Notes: a model not told the origin generated them from the sequence alone. 64,000 nt of DNA from Candidatus Obscuribacteraceae bacterium (GCA_044229845.1 JBGASG010000003.1:64001-128000), one strand, 5' to 3'; numbered from the stretch's first letter, positions 20,084-30,440 are shown. Numbers and translations are program-made.

Positions 20084-20941
20084 TCACATCTGGTCTACCA
20101 GATGAAGCAAATGTGCATGAAGTTCTCCGTGCGGTAGATGAATGCGGTCTCCATGGCCAGGCAATACCCACTCAAAGTTGTAGTCGAGGAGCCGTCGCAT
20201 AGACCGTTTCTGATCGCTCCACGAGTACCAGCACACGCTGCGCGACGCGCCAAGCGACTTCTCGTCACGATCCCACCATAAGTGATCACCAGTGAATAGC
20301 AATCTGCTGTCATGTAGAAGAACGCAATGCCCCTGGGTGTGTCCCGGCGTCGGAATAACGAAAAATCCCTCGCTAATTTCCGTTGGCTCATCGCCGCGCA
20401 ACACCACTTCAGCCTGGGGTTGTGAGGACAGTTCGAACTCGTGAATGATGCGCGAAGCCCCAAACTCTGCAGCGTATCGCTGCGCCTCAGCCACATCGTC
20501 CCGATGAGTCAGGAAGATGTATCTGATGCCGCCCAGTTTGTGAAACTGCTGTACCAGATGCATAACAAACTTTGGCGAATCGATAAGCCAGTTTCCGTCT
20601 TTGTGGCGCAGGAAATAGCTGTTTCCGCCGTACGATTTGGGCGAATTGAAACCGCAGTAATACAGATCAGGCTCCAACTCCAGCGGAAAATCCTTCATGA
20701 CTTCATGAGAGTCATTGTCCGTCAAAACCCCAATTGAACCAGTCGGGCAAGACAGGAGCGCCCTGGTCGCGGATCGGCGCTCAAAACCAGTTGCCGGTTG
20801 TACCTGGACGTATGAGTAATCGTCCGTTTCCCCAAATGTGGCAGGCGCCAGCTGCCTGCAGGTGTCGCAGTTTATGCAAGTCGAATCGACGAAAAATTCT
20901 CCCGGCACGTTAGCAGGCAACTTCTTATTTACATCGGCCAT
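20084..20941 (-). CDS. MBL-fold metallo-hydrolase with N-terminal ferredoxin-like domain
   Basis: CINCDTC...CP, THRDD, TPGHT.GH, FTGDH, LPGHG; GGAG RBS at ATG 20941. Confidence 0.9.
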   Translation of the reverse strand: MADVNKKLPANVPGEFFVDSTCINCDTCRQLAPATFGETDDYSYVQVQPATGFERRSATRALLSCPTGSIGVLTDNDSHEVMKDFPLELEPDLYYCGFNSPKSYGGNSYFLRHKDGNWLIDSPKFVMHLVQQFHKLGGIRYIFLTHRDDVAEAQRYAAEFGASRIIHEFELSSQPQAEVVLRGDEPTEISEGFFVIPTPGHTQGHCVLLHDSRLLFTGDHLWWDRDEKSLGASRSVCWYSWSDQKRSMRRLLDYNFEWVLPGHGDRIHLPHGELHAHLLHLVDQM

Positions 20942-21019
20942 GCAGCACGCTCCATGTCTCACTAACCACTGTATCACTGCTCCGACAGCCCCAAGCAAGC
21001 CCTCTCTCGGTTCTGGGAG

Positions 21020-21069
21020 CCCGAGTGATATCGCTTCAGCTTCACTCGGCTGGAGTGATATCACCGTAG
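21020..21069. repeat. 20-bp palindrome cluster (2 copies)
   Basis: Cores at 21025 and 21055 between divergent genes. Confidence 0.88.
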
Positions 21070-21143
21070 TTGACTCTTGGAAATGGGAACTTATGACCAC
21101 GACAATTCGACATACCTGAAATCCTACGAACTGGAGCAGCGCC

Positions 21144-21425
21144 ATGTTGAAGCCGTTGTTTTTACTACTCTCTGGGGCTGTCTACCTGACGAGCCTGAAC
21201 TCCGAGACCTGTAGCGATTTGCTGATCGCACAGACCCGCTCAGCCAGCAGGCACGTACCGGCTCCAGTCGCGGAAACCACCCGCGTCAGAAACTTCACCG
21301 TCCCATCGGAATCATCGGCGTCCACCATGCAAACCGAATTGAGCGGCGAAGCGCTTTCCCCGTACGACGATCATGCGGCACTGCCCGCGGGCGCGGTTTA
21401 CACTACATCTGACGACACTGCCTAG
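21144..21425 (+). CDS. Small exported hypothetical protein
   Basis: GGAG RBS, hydrophobic N-terminus. Confidence 0.55.
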   Translation: MLKPLFLLLSGAVYLTSLNSETCSDLLIAQTRSASRHVPAPVAETTRVRNFTVPSESSASTMQTELSGEALSPYDDHAALPAGAVYTTSDDTA

Positions 21426-21445
21426 CCGACCAACAAGCGGAATAA

Positions 21446-21493
21446 AACTGCGACAAGAACTGCGACCAGAACTGCGACAAGAACTGCGACCAG
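21446..21493 (+). repeat. 12-bp tandem repeat x4
   Basis: AACTGCGAC(A/C)AG x4, alternating A/C. Confidence 0.9.
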
Positions 21494-21548
21494 CCTGTCT
21501 GCCCGGTCCAAGCCCTGAACCGCAGTCACGCAATACGCATAGAAGGAA

Positions 21549-21755
21549 GTGATTTCCATGAAACAAGCATCCGAACCCGACTATCTGCATCCAGATGGTA
21601 AGCCTGATGATGCCACCGCGCTCGAGGATTTACCGGATCACGAAAAGTATTCCAACGGCTCAAAAAATAAGGCCTTGAACGAGGCAGATGGTCATAGTAT
21701 TGAGCGAAAAGATAAGTTCTTAGGAACAGATGGCACTACCCAGAATCAATCGTGA
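21549..21755 (+). CDS. Small acidic hypothetical protein
   Basis: AAGGAA RBS-like; start may be ATG 21558. Confidence 0.5.
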   Translation: MISMKQASEPDYLHPDGKPDDATALEDLPDHEKYSNGSKNKALNEADGHSIERKDKFLGTDGTTQNQS

Positions 21756-21787
21756 TACCCAATTTGGTATTGGCGGCGTGGGCGCAG

Positions 21788-23266
21788 CTAGCCGTTCAGC
21801 CGATTCCCACAAGTGCCGCAGAACTTGGCGTGCCGAATCATGAGCGCCTTGCATTTGGGGCATTCGATTTTGTTGTGCTCTTTGTCGGCTGGTCTGGCAA
21901 GACCACCAGTCCCTTTACTGGGGCGATTTGACACTTTTCCGCCCAGGCACTGCGCAATCGATTCACACCAGAGCATCTGGTGGAGATGCTGCGGCAATGC
22001 ATGCAATCTAGGGTCCAGAGGCAACATGCCGCAATGCATTCCAATCACCTGCGAGCCCTTAAAAATTGGGCTTCCGGCGGCCTGGTACGGCAGTGCGATT
22101 GAATGCAGCAGGTGCCAAGGATCGTTGGGGCGCAGCAAACCGATCAAGTTTCCCTGTCGTATTTGAGGAACCCCAACAGTTGGATGAATAGTCAGATTGG
22201 AGATCTCATCCCATGGGGCAAGGAAACTCGCGGGAGACATTTCCAATGGACGCATCGGCATAAGATCGTCAGTGTTCAGCGGAACCTGTGCAATCTGCCT
22301 TGTAGAAAGGAGCTCCGCAAGCGTCACGTAAACCGTGTAGCTGTCCAGACACACGATATCCCAGAGTCGGTCTATGGATACGCCGCCATCCAAGTGAGGC
22401 CAGATGCGACGTGCGTAGATCTGCACTTCCGGATTCAGAGCTTGTTCGTCGAGTATTTCGGTAGCCCTGGCATAACAAGTTCCGTCACCGCCCAGTTCCG
22501 TCAACACTCGGGGAACCTCGTCCATGCGTCGGTGCGCCTCAAGCAACAAACTTTCTGTCGGGCGAGACATTACAGCGCTGACCTGCCAGTCAGGCTTGCT
22601 CGCAGTTTGAAAGAGAAATTGGCCGGTCACCTGATGGCAGAACATCTGGTAGACGGCCGCTTCATTAATGAGCTTGCCGTACTTTGCATAGAGAACGGCT
22701 CCTTCGCGGCAAAAGAGCTTCGCCACCGGGCGATTGCGCTCATCGGACAGGACGAGCAGTCCGTCCTTTCTGGAGGCGGTCATCGTTTGTATTACAAGCG
22801 CCAGTCCCAACTCATCAACCGAACCACCCAGACCTTTCATGCGCGGCATGGGAGTCATCGAGAGTTTCTTGTTGAATGTGGTCATAAAATCTGTAGTCAG
22901 TTCAACCAGCGATCGCGAAAGCGTCAGCACGGCTAAATTGTGGTCCTGCAAAGCCAGTGCGGGAACAGGCTGCGACAAGGAACGCTGGGATAACTCGTTG
23001 GCTGTCTTGATGTCGAAACGCGGGTGAAAGTCAACATCTCTGACCTCCCAATCCTGTCCCGTGGCGGGAAAGCTCACCTTTAGCGCGTTCAAATCTTCCA
23101 GGTAGAGAACCACCAGGTGGGCGCAAGTCACCACCTTGTTTTGCTCCACCATCCAGACCGTGCCGAAGGGCTCCTCTCTGCGCACGCACCTGTCAACGAG
23201 CATTCCGACCGACGTCGCATACTTCGCAATTTCTTGCCTTTGTGTAGAAAGAATGGCCTGGTGCAT
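21788..23266 (-). CDS. DUF4388 domain protein with split trypsin-like fold and C-terminal zinc ribbon
   Basis: GT.W...TCAH; G.V.ELGL..VIQT....KDG.L (DUF4388), LLLEA.RRMDE; GSPIF..VIGMH; CPKC...FCGTCG. Confidence 0.82.
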   Translation of the reverse strand: MHQAILSTQRQEIAKYATSVGMLVDRCVRREEPFGTVWMVEQNKVVTCAHLVVLYLEDLNALKVSFPATGQDWEVRDVDFHPRFDIKTANELSQRSLSQPVPALALQDHNLAVLTLSRSLVELTTDFMTTFNKKLSMTPMPRMKGLGGSVDELGLALVIQTMTASRKDGLLVLSDERNRPVAKLFCREGAVLYAKYGKLINEAAVYQMFCHQVTGQFLFQTASKPDWQVSAVMSRPTESLLLEAHRRMDEVPRVLTELGGDGTCYARATEILDEQALNPEVQIYARRIWPHLDGGVSIDRLWDIVCLDSYTVYVTLAELLSTRQIAQVPLNTDDLMPMRPLEMSPASFLAPWDEISNLTIHPTVGVPQIRQGNLIGLLRPNDPWHLLHSIALPYQAAGSPIFKGSQVIGMHCGMLPLDPRLHALPQHLHQMLWCESIAQCLGGKVSNRPSKGTGGLARPADKEHNKIECPKCKALMIRHAKFCGTCGNRLNG

Positions 23267-23974
23267 GATTGGTCAAAATCATAGCCGAACCTCCAAGAAG
23301 TAAACAGGCCCGCGCTGAAGCGAGGTTGCATCTGTAAAGCATCGGATGCGGGACCAATTGAAACGTACTCCGCAGGACCTTGCCGCTCCACGCGCCCCAG
23401 ACGGCTCACGGCAGTGCAAGATGTAAGTTCCTGCCCTGGCATCGTTCCGATGCATCCAAGAGAGAACAGTTCTCCTATCAGCATGAGTAAAACTTTTCCA
23501 AGTTGATTAGCATTCCGCCGGCTTGTCAGGAACGTATGTTCAGCACCGACTCCCAGCGTAAACAGGCGCTTAGTGGTTTCTTCAAGAATTCCAAGAGAGA
23601 CAAAATAAGACACGCGTTGTCAACAAAGGTGCACTAAAACGCTGAAGTGCCTGCTTCGCAGGTTTTACTGTTCAACCGATGAATCATGTCTAGCGCCGGC
23701 AACAGTTTAGGTTCAGCCGCTGTTCGGTGTTAGGATGATTGCCGAAGCGACCTCCTGAAGTGACACCATCTGCGCTATCAACTGATGGTGATATTCGAGA
23801 TTCTCGCAGTCAAACTGCTTCGCATTTTCGTGGCGTGCGCTTTGTGTCGGCGTTTGTTAGGCTATTAGGTGGATCGATCGAAAGTTTCTTCGAATGTTTT
23901 TGTCTCAATGTGCCGCGTGCGTTCATCGTAGATCGATTGCACCGGATGGATTCCTCTCAGCGTGAGGCGGTCCC

Positions 23975-24265
23975 ATGGGAGTGGACAGCGTGTCAAAAAA
24001 ACCGATAGCTCCAGACGTGCTGGTTACGGCTCTCAGTCTGGCTATCCAGGAACGCCGCAAAGAGCTGAGGCTTTCGCAAGACGAAGTTGCCAGACGCGCC
24101 GGACTGCACCGCACGTACATAAGTGAAGTGGAGCGGCACTCCCGGAACTTCTCCATCAAGATCTTCATGCGTTTGTCTAGCGCGCTCGAAACTGATCCTT
24201 CTACGCTCATGCGCAATGCCGAAGCAATGGCGACGCTCGAACGAAAGCCCACCAAACGCGGTTAG
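23975..24265 (+). CDS. XRE-family HTH transcriptional regulator
   Basis: LSQDEVARRAGLHRTYISEVER..RN. Confidence 0.9.
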   Translation: MGVDSVSKKPIAPDVLVTALSLAIQERRKELRLSQDEVARRAGLHRTYISEVERHSRNFSIKIFMRLSSALETDPSTLMRNAEAMATLERKPTKRG

Positions 24266-24315
24266 CCTGCTCTAAGTCTAGTCCTGCTCTAAGTCTAGGT
24301 TTCCAGGTTTTCCGG

Positions 24316-25236
24316 TTAGGTTTCCGACGTGGTCAGCGAGGACATCGAAGTTCCGACCGGGCTGCTGGAAAGTGTTGCGACATATTCCTTCAGTTCAAAG
24401 AACTGTCTGTGCAGTCGGCAATAGGCACTGTATATGGTGCGCCAGTTCTGCTGCGCAGCACAAGTCTCGAGATACAAGGCTAATCTTGCCAGTTCCTCGG
24501 CATGAGCTGCCCATGCTGCACCTTTGACTTCGTGCGCCAGGCGGGAAATCTTTTGCGCCTGCTGCTTGTCGATTGCTTTGCGCAGCTCATCCACCAACTT
24601 CTCGGTCGACGTGGTGAAGAGTGTCAAGAGTTCAGCTGCGTTGGTTCCGTACTCTGCTTGCAGCGCCGCAAAATCGACAGGCTCTTCCTTCGAATCGACA
24701 ATCGATTTTGCAGCATCGAATATAGGTATGACCTTGCCTGGCTCTTTTGTAATGCCGGCTGTCCAGTACTCGAGCTTCTCAGCTAGCAGGTCCCGATCAA
24801 TTGGTTTGGTTATATAGTCGTCCATGCCGGCAGCCAAACACCGTTCGCGATCGCCCGACATAGCCATGGCGGTAACCGCAATAATCGGCACGCGCCGCCC
24901 CAAGACTTTCTCGGCATCCCGAATCAACTTCGTGGCTTCGAATCCATCCATTTCGGGCATCTGACAATCCATCAAAATCGCAGCGTACTGTTGATTTGAC
25001 GCCGCTTCCACAGCTTGCAGCCCGTTCATGGCCAGATGGCTTTCCCATCCGAGGCGATCGAGCAGAAGCATGGCGACCTTCTGGTTAAGCGGATGGTCTT
25101 CTGCGAGCAAAATCACTCTGGAAACCGTGTTGTTGTCAGCTCTTCGTTTGAATGCGTTCATTAAGGATGCCTGATTTAAGGTGGTTGGGAAAGACGACCA
25201 AGAGTTCTTCCATAACACCTTCGATAATCGCACCAT
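24316..25236 (-). CDS. Response regulator with C-terminal HPt domain
   Basis: AEDH, LMDCQMPEMDG, KP; AHEVKGAA HPt motif; start may be the internal MNAFK. Confidence 0.9.
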   Translation of the reverse strand: MVRLSKVLWKNSWSSFPTTLNQASLMNAFKRRADNNTVSRVILLAEDHPLNQKVAMLLLDRLGWESHLAMNGLQAVEAASNQQYAAILMDCQMPEMDGFEATKLIRDAEKVLGRRVPIIAVTAMAMSGDRERCLAAGMDDYITKPIDRDLLAEKLEYWTAGITKEPGKVIPIFDAAKSIVDSKEEPVDFAALQAEYGTNAAELLTLFTTSTEKLVDELRKAIDKQQAQKISRLAHEVKGAAWAAHAEELARLALYLETCAAQQNWRTIYSAYCRLHRQFFELKEYVATLSSSPVGTSMSSLTTSET

Positions 25237-25424
25237 GAGGAGACTTCCTTAAGTAAGGATTCCCCTCTTTTCACTGTGGGTTCCCCTACGTCCGTAGACG
25301 CAATGGCTCATCCAGCTATCGGCTCCACGGTTCAGCTAGGACTGGAGTCATCTCTGGCGAAAACCATAATTTTTCCCACTACACAACGATAGGCGCCATC
25401 GGTGAACACATGCCCCGAACTAAG

Positions 25425-25506
25425 CTGAAGCGATATCACTCCAGCACAATCGATATCACTCCAGCACAAAGCGATATCACTCGGGTCCGATATCACTCGG
25501 GGTCCG
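25425..25506. repeat. 20-bp palindrome cluster with internal tandem duplications (4 cores)
   Basis: GATATCAC-containing cores at 25430, 25450, 25471, 25487. Confidence 0.9.
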
Positions 25507-25527
25507 CGAGGGGCTACCTGCCAGGGG

Positions 25528-26655
25528 CTACCTGCTGTGTGGAAACATAGAGCGAAAGTCAGTCGGCTGCTGAAGCGTGACAGGTTTCCATCCGACCGAT
25601 GCTGGCGCTCCAACTGGTGAAAGAATCTGGTACTTGCTCGTAGTGGGTGCTATCGGTTGTGAACCTGTGGCTATAGCGTTCCGCAGTGACGAAATCTCAG
25701 GGTTCTCGACTTTCATCTTTTCAAGACGTTTCACCATCTTATCGGCTTTATCCCACTGCCGATTGTCTACATAGTAGCGGGCTGCGTTGAGAATTAGCGC
25801 AACGGTGGCATTATCGTCCGGTCCATTGTCGATTTCGGATTGCTGGATCTGCTGCTTGAACTGCTTATCCGTCGCGTCCGGCGCCTCCCATGTGGTTACC
25901 TTTTTCAGTTCGCCTGCTCCATTCGGCAACGCAGGAGTCATCCGATACCGAGTCCTCTCTGAGTTTGTATTGCGCCAACCTAGATAGCGAGAGTAGGCTT
26001 GTCCGCTCGGAGTAGACGAGTTCCAACTACTTCTCGGTTGAAAATTGATGTATGGACCTGACCAGCCAGACGAAAAGGTTGGATGCCAGCTTGGCGTTGA
26101 ATTGCCAGAACCCCACTGGTTGCCACTTTGCCACTGAGCCGCAGACATAGTTCGACCGGAAGCCGAGCAAGCCCCACCCGTTCCCCAGCTGTAAGAGGTG
26201 ATGCCACTTTGTGATGTGTAAGTAGTTGGTGCTGGCGCCAGCGTATAACTGGGTGGTGCCAACGTACAACCGGGTGGCGTCCCCGCCTGAAACCCAGGAG
26301 GCCAGCCCAGTCCAAAACTCTGTAGAGGTACAAGTGCTGTTGGATGTGCAGGGAAACCCTGGGGCGATATCGACACGCCACCGCCGGACTGGCTGTGTTG
26401 AATGTACAGGTTGTTCCATCTTTTAGAACTCGACCTTAGCCGATCAGCCCGTTCTCGAGCGGCTCGTGCGCTGTCGTCAGTTGAACACAAGCCCGGAATG
26501 CCCAATCCTGTCAGAGTTACCGACAAGGACAACACCAGAGCCACTTTCGCGGCCCACAGCTGCGTAAAATCAAAGTGATATCGCTTCAGGATCGGCGCCT
26601 TTGAACTGAAGTGATATCGCTTCAGGATGTTCGTGAGTGCTGGGATATAACGCAT
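25528..26655 (-). CDS. Hypothetical exported Ser/Gly/Trp-rich protein with a C-terminal TPR-like helix
   Basis: Long ORF, hydrophobic signal-like segment; start uncertain because the 5' end contains two palindrome copies. Confidence 0.65.
   Translation of the reverse strand: MRYIPALTNILKRYHFSSKAPILKRYHFDFTQLWAAKVALVLSLSVTLTGLGIPGLCSTDDSARAARERADRLRSSSKRWNNLYIQHSQSGGGVSISPQGFPAHPTALVPLQSFGLGWPPGFQAGTPPGCTLAPPSYTLAPAPTTYTSQSGITSYSWGTGGACSASGRTMSAAQWQSGNQWGSGNSTPSWHPTFSSGWSGPYINFQPRSSWNSSTPSGQAYSRYLGWRNTNSERTRYRMTPALPNGAGELKKVTTWEAPDATDKQFKQQIQQSEIDNGPDDNATVALILNAARYYVDNRQWDKADKMVKRLEKMKVENPEISSLRNAIATGSQPIAPTTSKYQILSPVGAPASVGWKPVTLQQPTDFRSMFPHSR
26570..26625. repeat. 20-bp palindrome cluster (2 copies)
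   Basis: AAGTGATATCGCTTCAGGAT twice, 36-bp period. Confidence 0.9.
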
Positions 26656-26702
26656 GCTAAGGGTAGAACTTTGGGTAGAAACTAGCGTCTGGGCGCATTT
26701 TT

Positions 26703-28082
26703 ATGCCGAAGTTGCTCTCTAACCACCTTATCATTCCCTTCCTCTTAATGTTGTTGGCGTGCCCCCGAGAGGGTTTTTCCAAAAATATTGTGGAGAAACA
26801 GCCACTGGCGCAGCCGGCGAAACTGCAAGCCCTGACACCCAAGCTGGACGAATCGAACAAGATTCAGCTGCACGCGGAAGAAACCCATAACCTGGACATC
26901 TCCATGCAAAACCTGAGCGGCTGGAATCAACTGTATAGCGCCGGCCGCACTCTCTTTGCCCAGGGAGACTATCGACGGGCGCTGAACGCTTTCCGCGCTG
27001 CTTACTCTCATAGCGACGATGACGGACAAAGTGACACTCGCGACAAAGCAACGCTGCAAGCCATCGAATTAACGAAAAGGTCTCTGACACGCGATTCTCT
27101 TTTGGGTTACAAGCTCACCGCCTCCAAAGGTGGGTCCAAGGTGGTGGAAAAAGTGTTTCGTCCATCGCTGGCCTGGCTGGCTGGTATCAAAGATGGTGAC
27201 AGAATACTGTCCGAACGTCAGGTCAACAACCAAATACAGCTGACAGTATCAAGGAATGGGAGGACTTATTCGGTCAGCATGCAGGCGCCGGTTTCCTTGC
27301 GCGCAGGCACAGATCCGTTGTTGGCACGGCACGCGCGTGCGGACAATGGTGGCTCCTCTTTGAGCGGGCGCATCACCAATCCGTCCGTACTTCAAGCTCA
27401 CGAGAAGGATTTGAGCAAATGGGATGTCGCCATATTGATCGATTGCTCTGGCTCTATGAGCTCGAATATTACGACGTCCTCCGGGCAGATGAGCAAGTGG
27501 CAATGGTGTGTCGCCAGCAGCAATCAGCTGCTCACCGATTGCGGAAAGTATTTTCCGAACGGCATTACGATTGTTCCGTTTCATAGCCAGTATGCCGTGC
27601 TGGACAATGTTCGTGTCTCAGAAATCAATCGCGTCTACGAAGCCCTCTCGCCTTCGGGCGGAACAGAAATGGCTTCCCCTCTCGGATTTGTCCTCATGCG
27701 CCATTTCCAGGCCGCAAAACGGCCGTTGGTGGTGGCAGTGCTGACCGATGGCATGCCTAATGACGTGGACGCCGTTCGCAGCGTGATTGCCGACGCCGCA
27801 GCCCGGACTACCGGTGACAAACAGGTGGCAGTAACGTTTCTCCAGGTTGGCAACGACGGCGGCACGGAAACTCTGCGCAGCCTCGACGACGAAATGGTAA
27901 ACGCCGGCGCCGCGCGCGACATCGTAGACAGTCATTACTTCGACGAGATACAGCAAATCGGCATCAAGGGCGGATTGGTCGCCTCCATGATGGAACGAGA
28001 AGCCGAGGGTCGCGCCGCCACTGCGCCGCCATTGCCGCACGCGCAGTCGCCGACGAAAAAGCCGCCCTCGACGCAGCACTGA
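26703..28082 (+). CDS. Exported TPR/PDZ-like + von Willebrand factor A domain protein
   Basis: Signal peptide, A..AGIKDGDRIL (PDZ-like), MIDAS DCSGSM, GGT, LTDG.P. Confidence 0.85.
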   Translation: MPKLLSNHLIIPFLLMLLACPREGFSKNIVEKQPLAQPAKLQALTPKLDESNKIQLHAEETHNLDISMQNLSGWNQLYSAGRTLFAQGDYRRALNAFRAAYSHSDDDGQSDTRDKATLQAIELTKRSLTRDSLLGYKLTASKGGSKVVEKVFRPSLAWLAGIKDGDRILSERQVNNQIQLTVSRNGRTYSVSMQAPVSLRAGTDPLLARHARADNGGSSLSGRITNPSVLQAHEKDLSKWDVAILIDCSGSMSSNITTSSGQMSKWQWCVASSNQLLTDCGKYFPNGITIVPFHSQYAVLDNVRVSEINRVYEALSPSGGTEMASPLGFVLMRHFQAAKRPLVVAVLTDGMPNDVDAVRSVIADAAARTTGDKQVAVTFLQVGNDGGTETLRSLDDEMVNAGAARDIVDSHYFDEIQQIGIKGGLVASMMEREAEGRAATAPPLPHAQSPTKKPPSTQH

Positions 28083-28126
28083 GGTCACCGCTCATGGTGC
28101 GCAGCAGACTACTCGCTCGCAGCAAA

Positions 28127-28537
28127 CTACCCCTTGCGGTAATCGTCAATGGCTGCGTCCCAGCGCGCCAGTTCGTCAGGGCGCACAGATGACCGATTCT
28201 CGGCGGTAATCATCAGCCCAGTCTGCCTGTACGCGTAGAGCATTTCCTCCGACATGCCTGACTTCAACATCTCCGATTCGATTAACTGAGTCAAATCGGC
28301 AAAGCCGTCGGCTCGCAGTATTCCTTCCTCTTCATCCGTCGGTTTGCGCCCGAATTTCTCCTGAAACAGCTGTTTGTCGCGCTCGAATTGGTCTCGGCGC
28401 TCCTGCGACATGGCGGCTTCGCGAATGACCTTCTTATTCTTGATGAAATAATCGATGCCCTTCGTCCGACAGCAACTTTTATATTTGATGTTGCTTCCGC
28501 AAGGGCAGTAATTGTTTGGTGGGAACGGCTTTTTCAT
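28127..28537 (-). CDS. SEC-C motif protein
   Basis: N-terminal CPCGS..KYKSCC. Confidence 0.85.
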   Translation of the reverse strand: MKKPFPPNNYCPCGSNIKYKSCCRTKGIDYFIKNKKVIREAAMSQERRDQFERDKQLFQEKFGRKPTDEEEGILRADGFADLTQLIESEMLKSGMSEEMLYAYRQTGLMITAENRSSVRPDELARWDAAIDDYRKG

Positions 28538-28543
28538 CGAGCT

Positions 28544-29767
28544 CTAAGACAGTTTCAAGATGGGAATGACAGTGGTTTGAATCGGTTGCCCGCCGACCAC
28601 CGCATCATCATCGCTGAGGAATACATCGATTTCGCTGCGCACCCCGAACTCCTCCAGATAAATGCCGGGCTCAATCGAGAATCCGGTGTTGGCGATCAAG
28701 CGCCTTTCATCACGGGTTTCCAGATTATCGATGTTTGCACCGTTGGCGTGCACTTCCAACCCGATCGAATGTCCGGTTCGGTGCACAAAATGATTTCCAT
28801 AGCCTCTGTCTTTGATGAAGTTGCGCGCCACATCATCGACTTCAAATCCGTGCACTGTCTTCCTGGTGCGGTGTGCTTCACCGACGAACTCGAGCGCGGC
28901 ATCGCGGGCCCCGCGAACCACTTGAAAAATCTCTTCGTATTTCGAGGGAACGCTCTCGCCGACATATCCCGTCCAGGTGATGTCGGCGTAAACTGCATCG
29001 GCAGGCTCCTTCAGTTTCGCCCAGATGTCCAGCAACACAAAGTCGCCATTCTTGATCGGATCGCTTTTGGCGCTGTTCGGTTGATAATGCGGACTGCCAC
29101 TGTTGGCGTTGACCGCCACGATGCAAGACGAGTTGCTGATCATGCCGCGTTGTTCGAAAGCGCGATCGATTAACTGCTGGATGGCGTACTCGTGGCAAGG
29201 CTGGCCCGCCTGCACCTGAGCGGCGATGGTACCAAAGGCCTCAAATACGATCGCGCGCAAGTGATCGGCTGCCAGAAGATGACTTTTGAGTTGAGCGGGT
29301 GTCCAGCGCGCTTCGAAACGCTGCACCAGATCCGCGGAAGAAACGACACGCACGTTGCCTGATTCCTGGACCAGTTCAACAATGCCGGCGTCCACTCGCG
29401 AAACATACGGAATCGCATTCAACGGCGAGTACTGCATGGCTACGGTCTGGCAGCCGGCAAGAATCTCTTTCAACTTGTCGTGCAACTCGCGCCAACCCAG
29501 ATAAACTGTCTTGTCGCCTGGCAGCGCATCGAGAGCATCCATTTCAATACGATGAACTAGTTTGCGCGGAGCACCATACTGAGGAATCAAGTAGAACCAG
29601 CGGCGCGACACGAAGTGCGAGCTGCCCAAACCGAGAATGTGTTGGGCCAGCGGATCATTGTCATGAAAAAAGTAAAACAGCCAACCATCCACCTTGTCCT
29701 CGGCAAGCGCTTTCTGGACGGCGGCAATATCGATGGCAGCAGTGGCGGAAGAAGTTGTTGTCGACAT
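28544..29767 (-). CDS. Xaa-Pro aminopeptidase family (M24) metallopeptidase
   Basis: PHY, LLDIWA, YADIT, HRTGHSIG..H, EPGIY, GVRSE. Confidence 0.92.
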   Translation of the reverse strand: MSTTTSSATAAIDIAAVQKALAEDKVDGWLFYFFHDNDPLAQHILGLGSSHFVSRRWFYLIPQYGAPRKLVHRIEMDALDALPGDKTVYLGWRELHDKLKEILAGCQTVAMQYSPLNAIPYVSRVDAGIVELVQESGNVRVVSSADLVQRFEARWTPAQLKSHLLAADHLRAIVFEAFGTIAAQVQAGQPCHEYAIQQLIDRAFEQRGMISNSSCIVAVNANSGSPHYQPNSAKSDPIKNGDFVLLDIWAKLKEPADAVYADITWTGYVGESVPSKYEEIFQVVRGARDAALEFVGEAHRTRKTVHGFEVDDVARNFIKDRGYGNHFVHRTGHSIGLEVHANGANIDNLETRDERRLIANTGFSIEPGIYLEEFGVRSEIDVFLSDDDAVVGGQPIQTTVIPILKLS

Positions 29768-29768
29768 A

Positions 29769-30368
29769 TCAGGCCACCACTTCCTTGTCTTGCAGAAGAA
29801 TAATTTGATCGCCATCGAAGCGTTCGATAACGGCCAGCGATTCGATGGGAACCGTGATGTGTTTCAATTGCTCGCGACCGCCGAAAGAGCGTTTCTCGAT
29901 CACGCAACCGATACCGACGAGGGTGGCACCGCTTTGCGTCACCAGTTTGTCCAGAGCAAGCAAAGTGCGAGCACTGGACAGAAAGTCGTCGATAATCAAA
30001 ACGCGGTCGTCGGCGCTCATGTACTCAGTGGACACTATCAACTCGACTTCGCGTTTGTGGGTCGGCGATGACGATTTCTCTCTATAAGGATCGGGCGCCA
30101 TCGTAATCGGTTGATGCTTGCGCGCGAAGACGACCGGCACACCCAGTTCTATGCCGGCAGCCAGCGCCGGTGCAATGCCGCTGGTTTCGGCAGTCAGGAT
30201 GCGCGTCGGCTTCAGGGCCGCGAATTTGCCGGCAAACTCCTGTCCGATTGCTTTCATCAAAAGCGAGTCCAACTGATGGTTCATGAATGCATCCACTTTC
30301 AGGATGCCGTCACCGAGATGTTTGCCGTGTTGCAAAATTTTTTCGCGAAGCAACTGCATGTCTATCAC
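29769..30368 (-). CDS. xpt: Xanthine phosphoribosyltransferase
   Basis: ILKVDAFMNHQLD, TAETSGIAPA, IIDDFL, IEK.F..GR. Confidence 0.9.
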   Translation of the reverse strand: MIDMQLLREKILQHGKHLGDGILKVDAFMNHQLDSLLMKAIGQEFAGKFAALKPTRILTAETSGIAPALAAGIELGVPVVFARKHQPITMAPDPYREKSSSPTHKREVELIVSTEYMSADDRVLIIDDFLSSARTLLALDKLVTQSGATLVGIGCVIEKRSFGGREQLKHITVPIESLAVIERFDGDQIILLQDKEVVA

Positions 30369-30440
30369 CTGCCGAAGTCACTGTATTTTACCTAAGGCGC
30401 TTCGTATAATGGTCGACCGCTTCACAATGGGAGAGAAAGG

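Noticed and set aside
20942..21145. N-terminal extension of the MBL ORF and other ORFs containing VISLQ/WSDIT
   Set aside because: These peptides are translations of the 20-bp palindrome, not coding signal
23128..23613. 161-aa minus-strand ORF
   Set aside because: Overlaps the DUF4388 gene out of frame, with no RBS or motif
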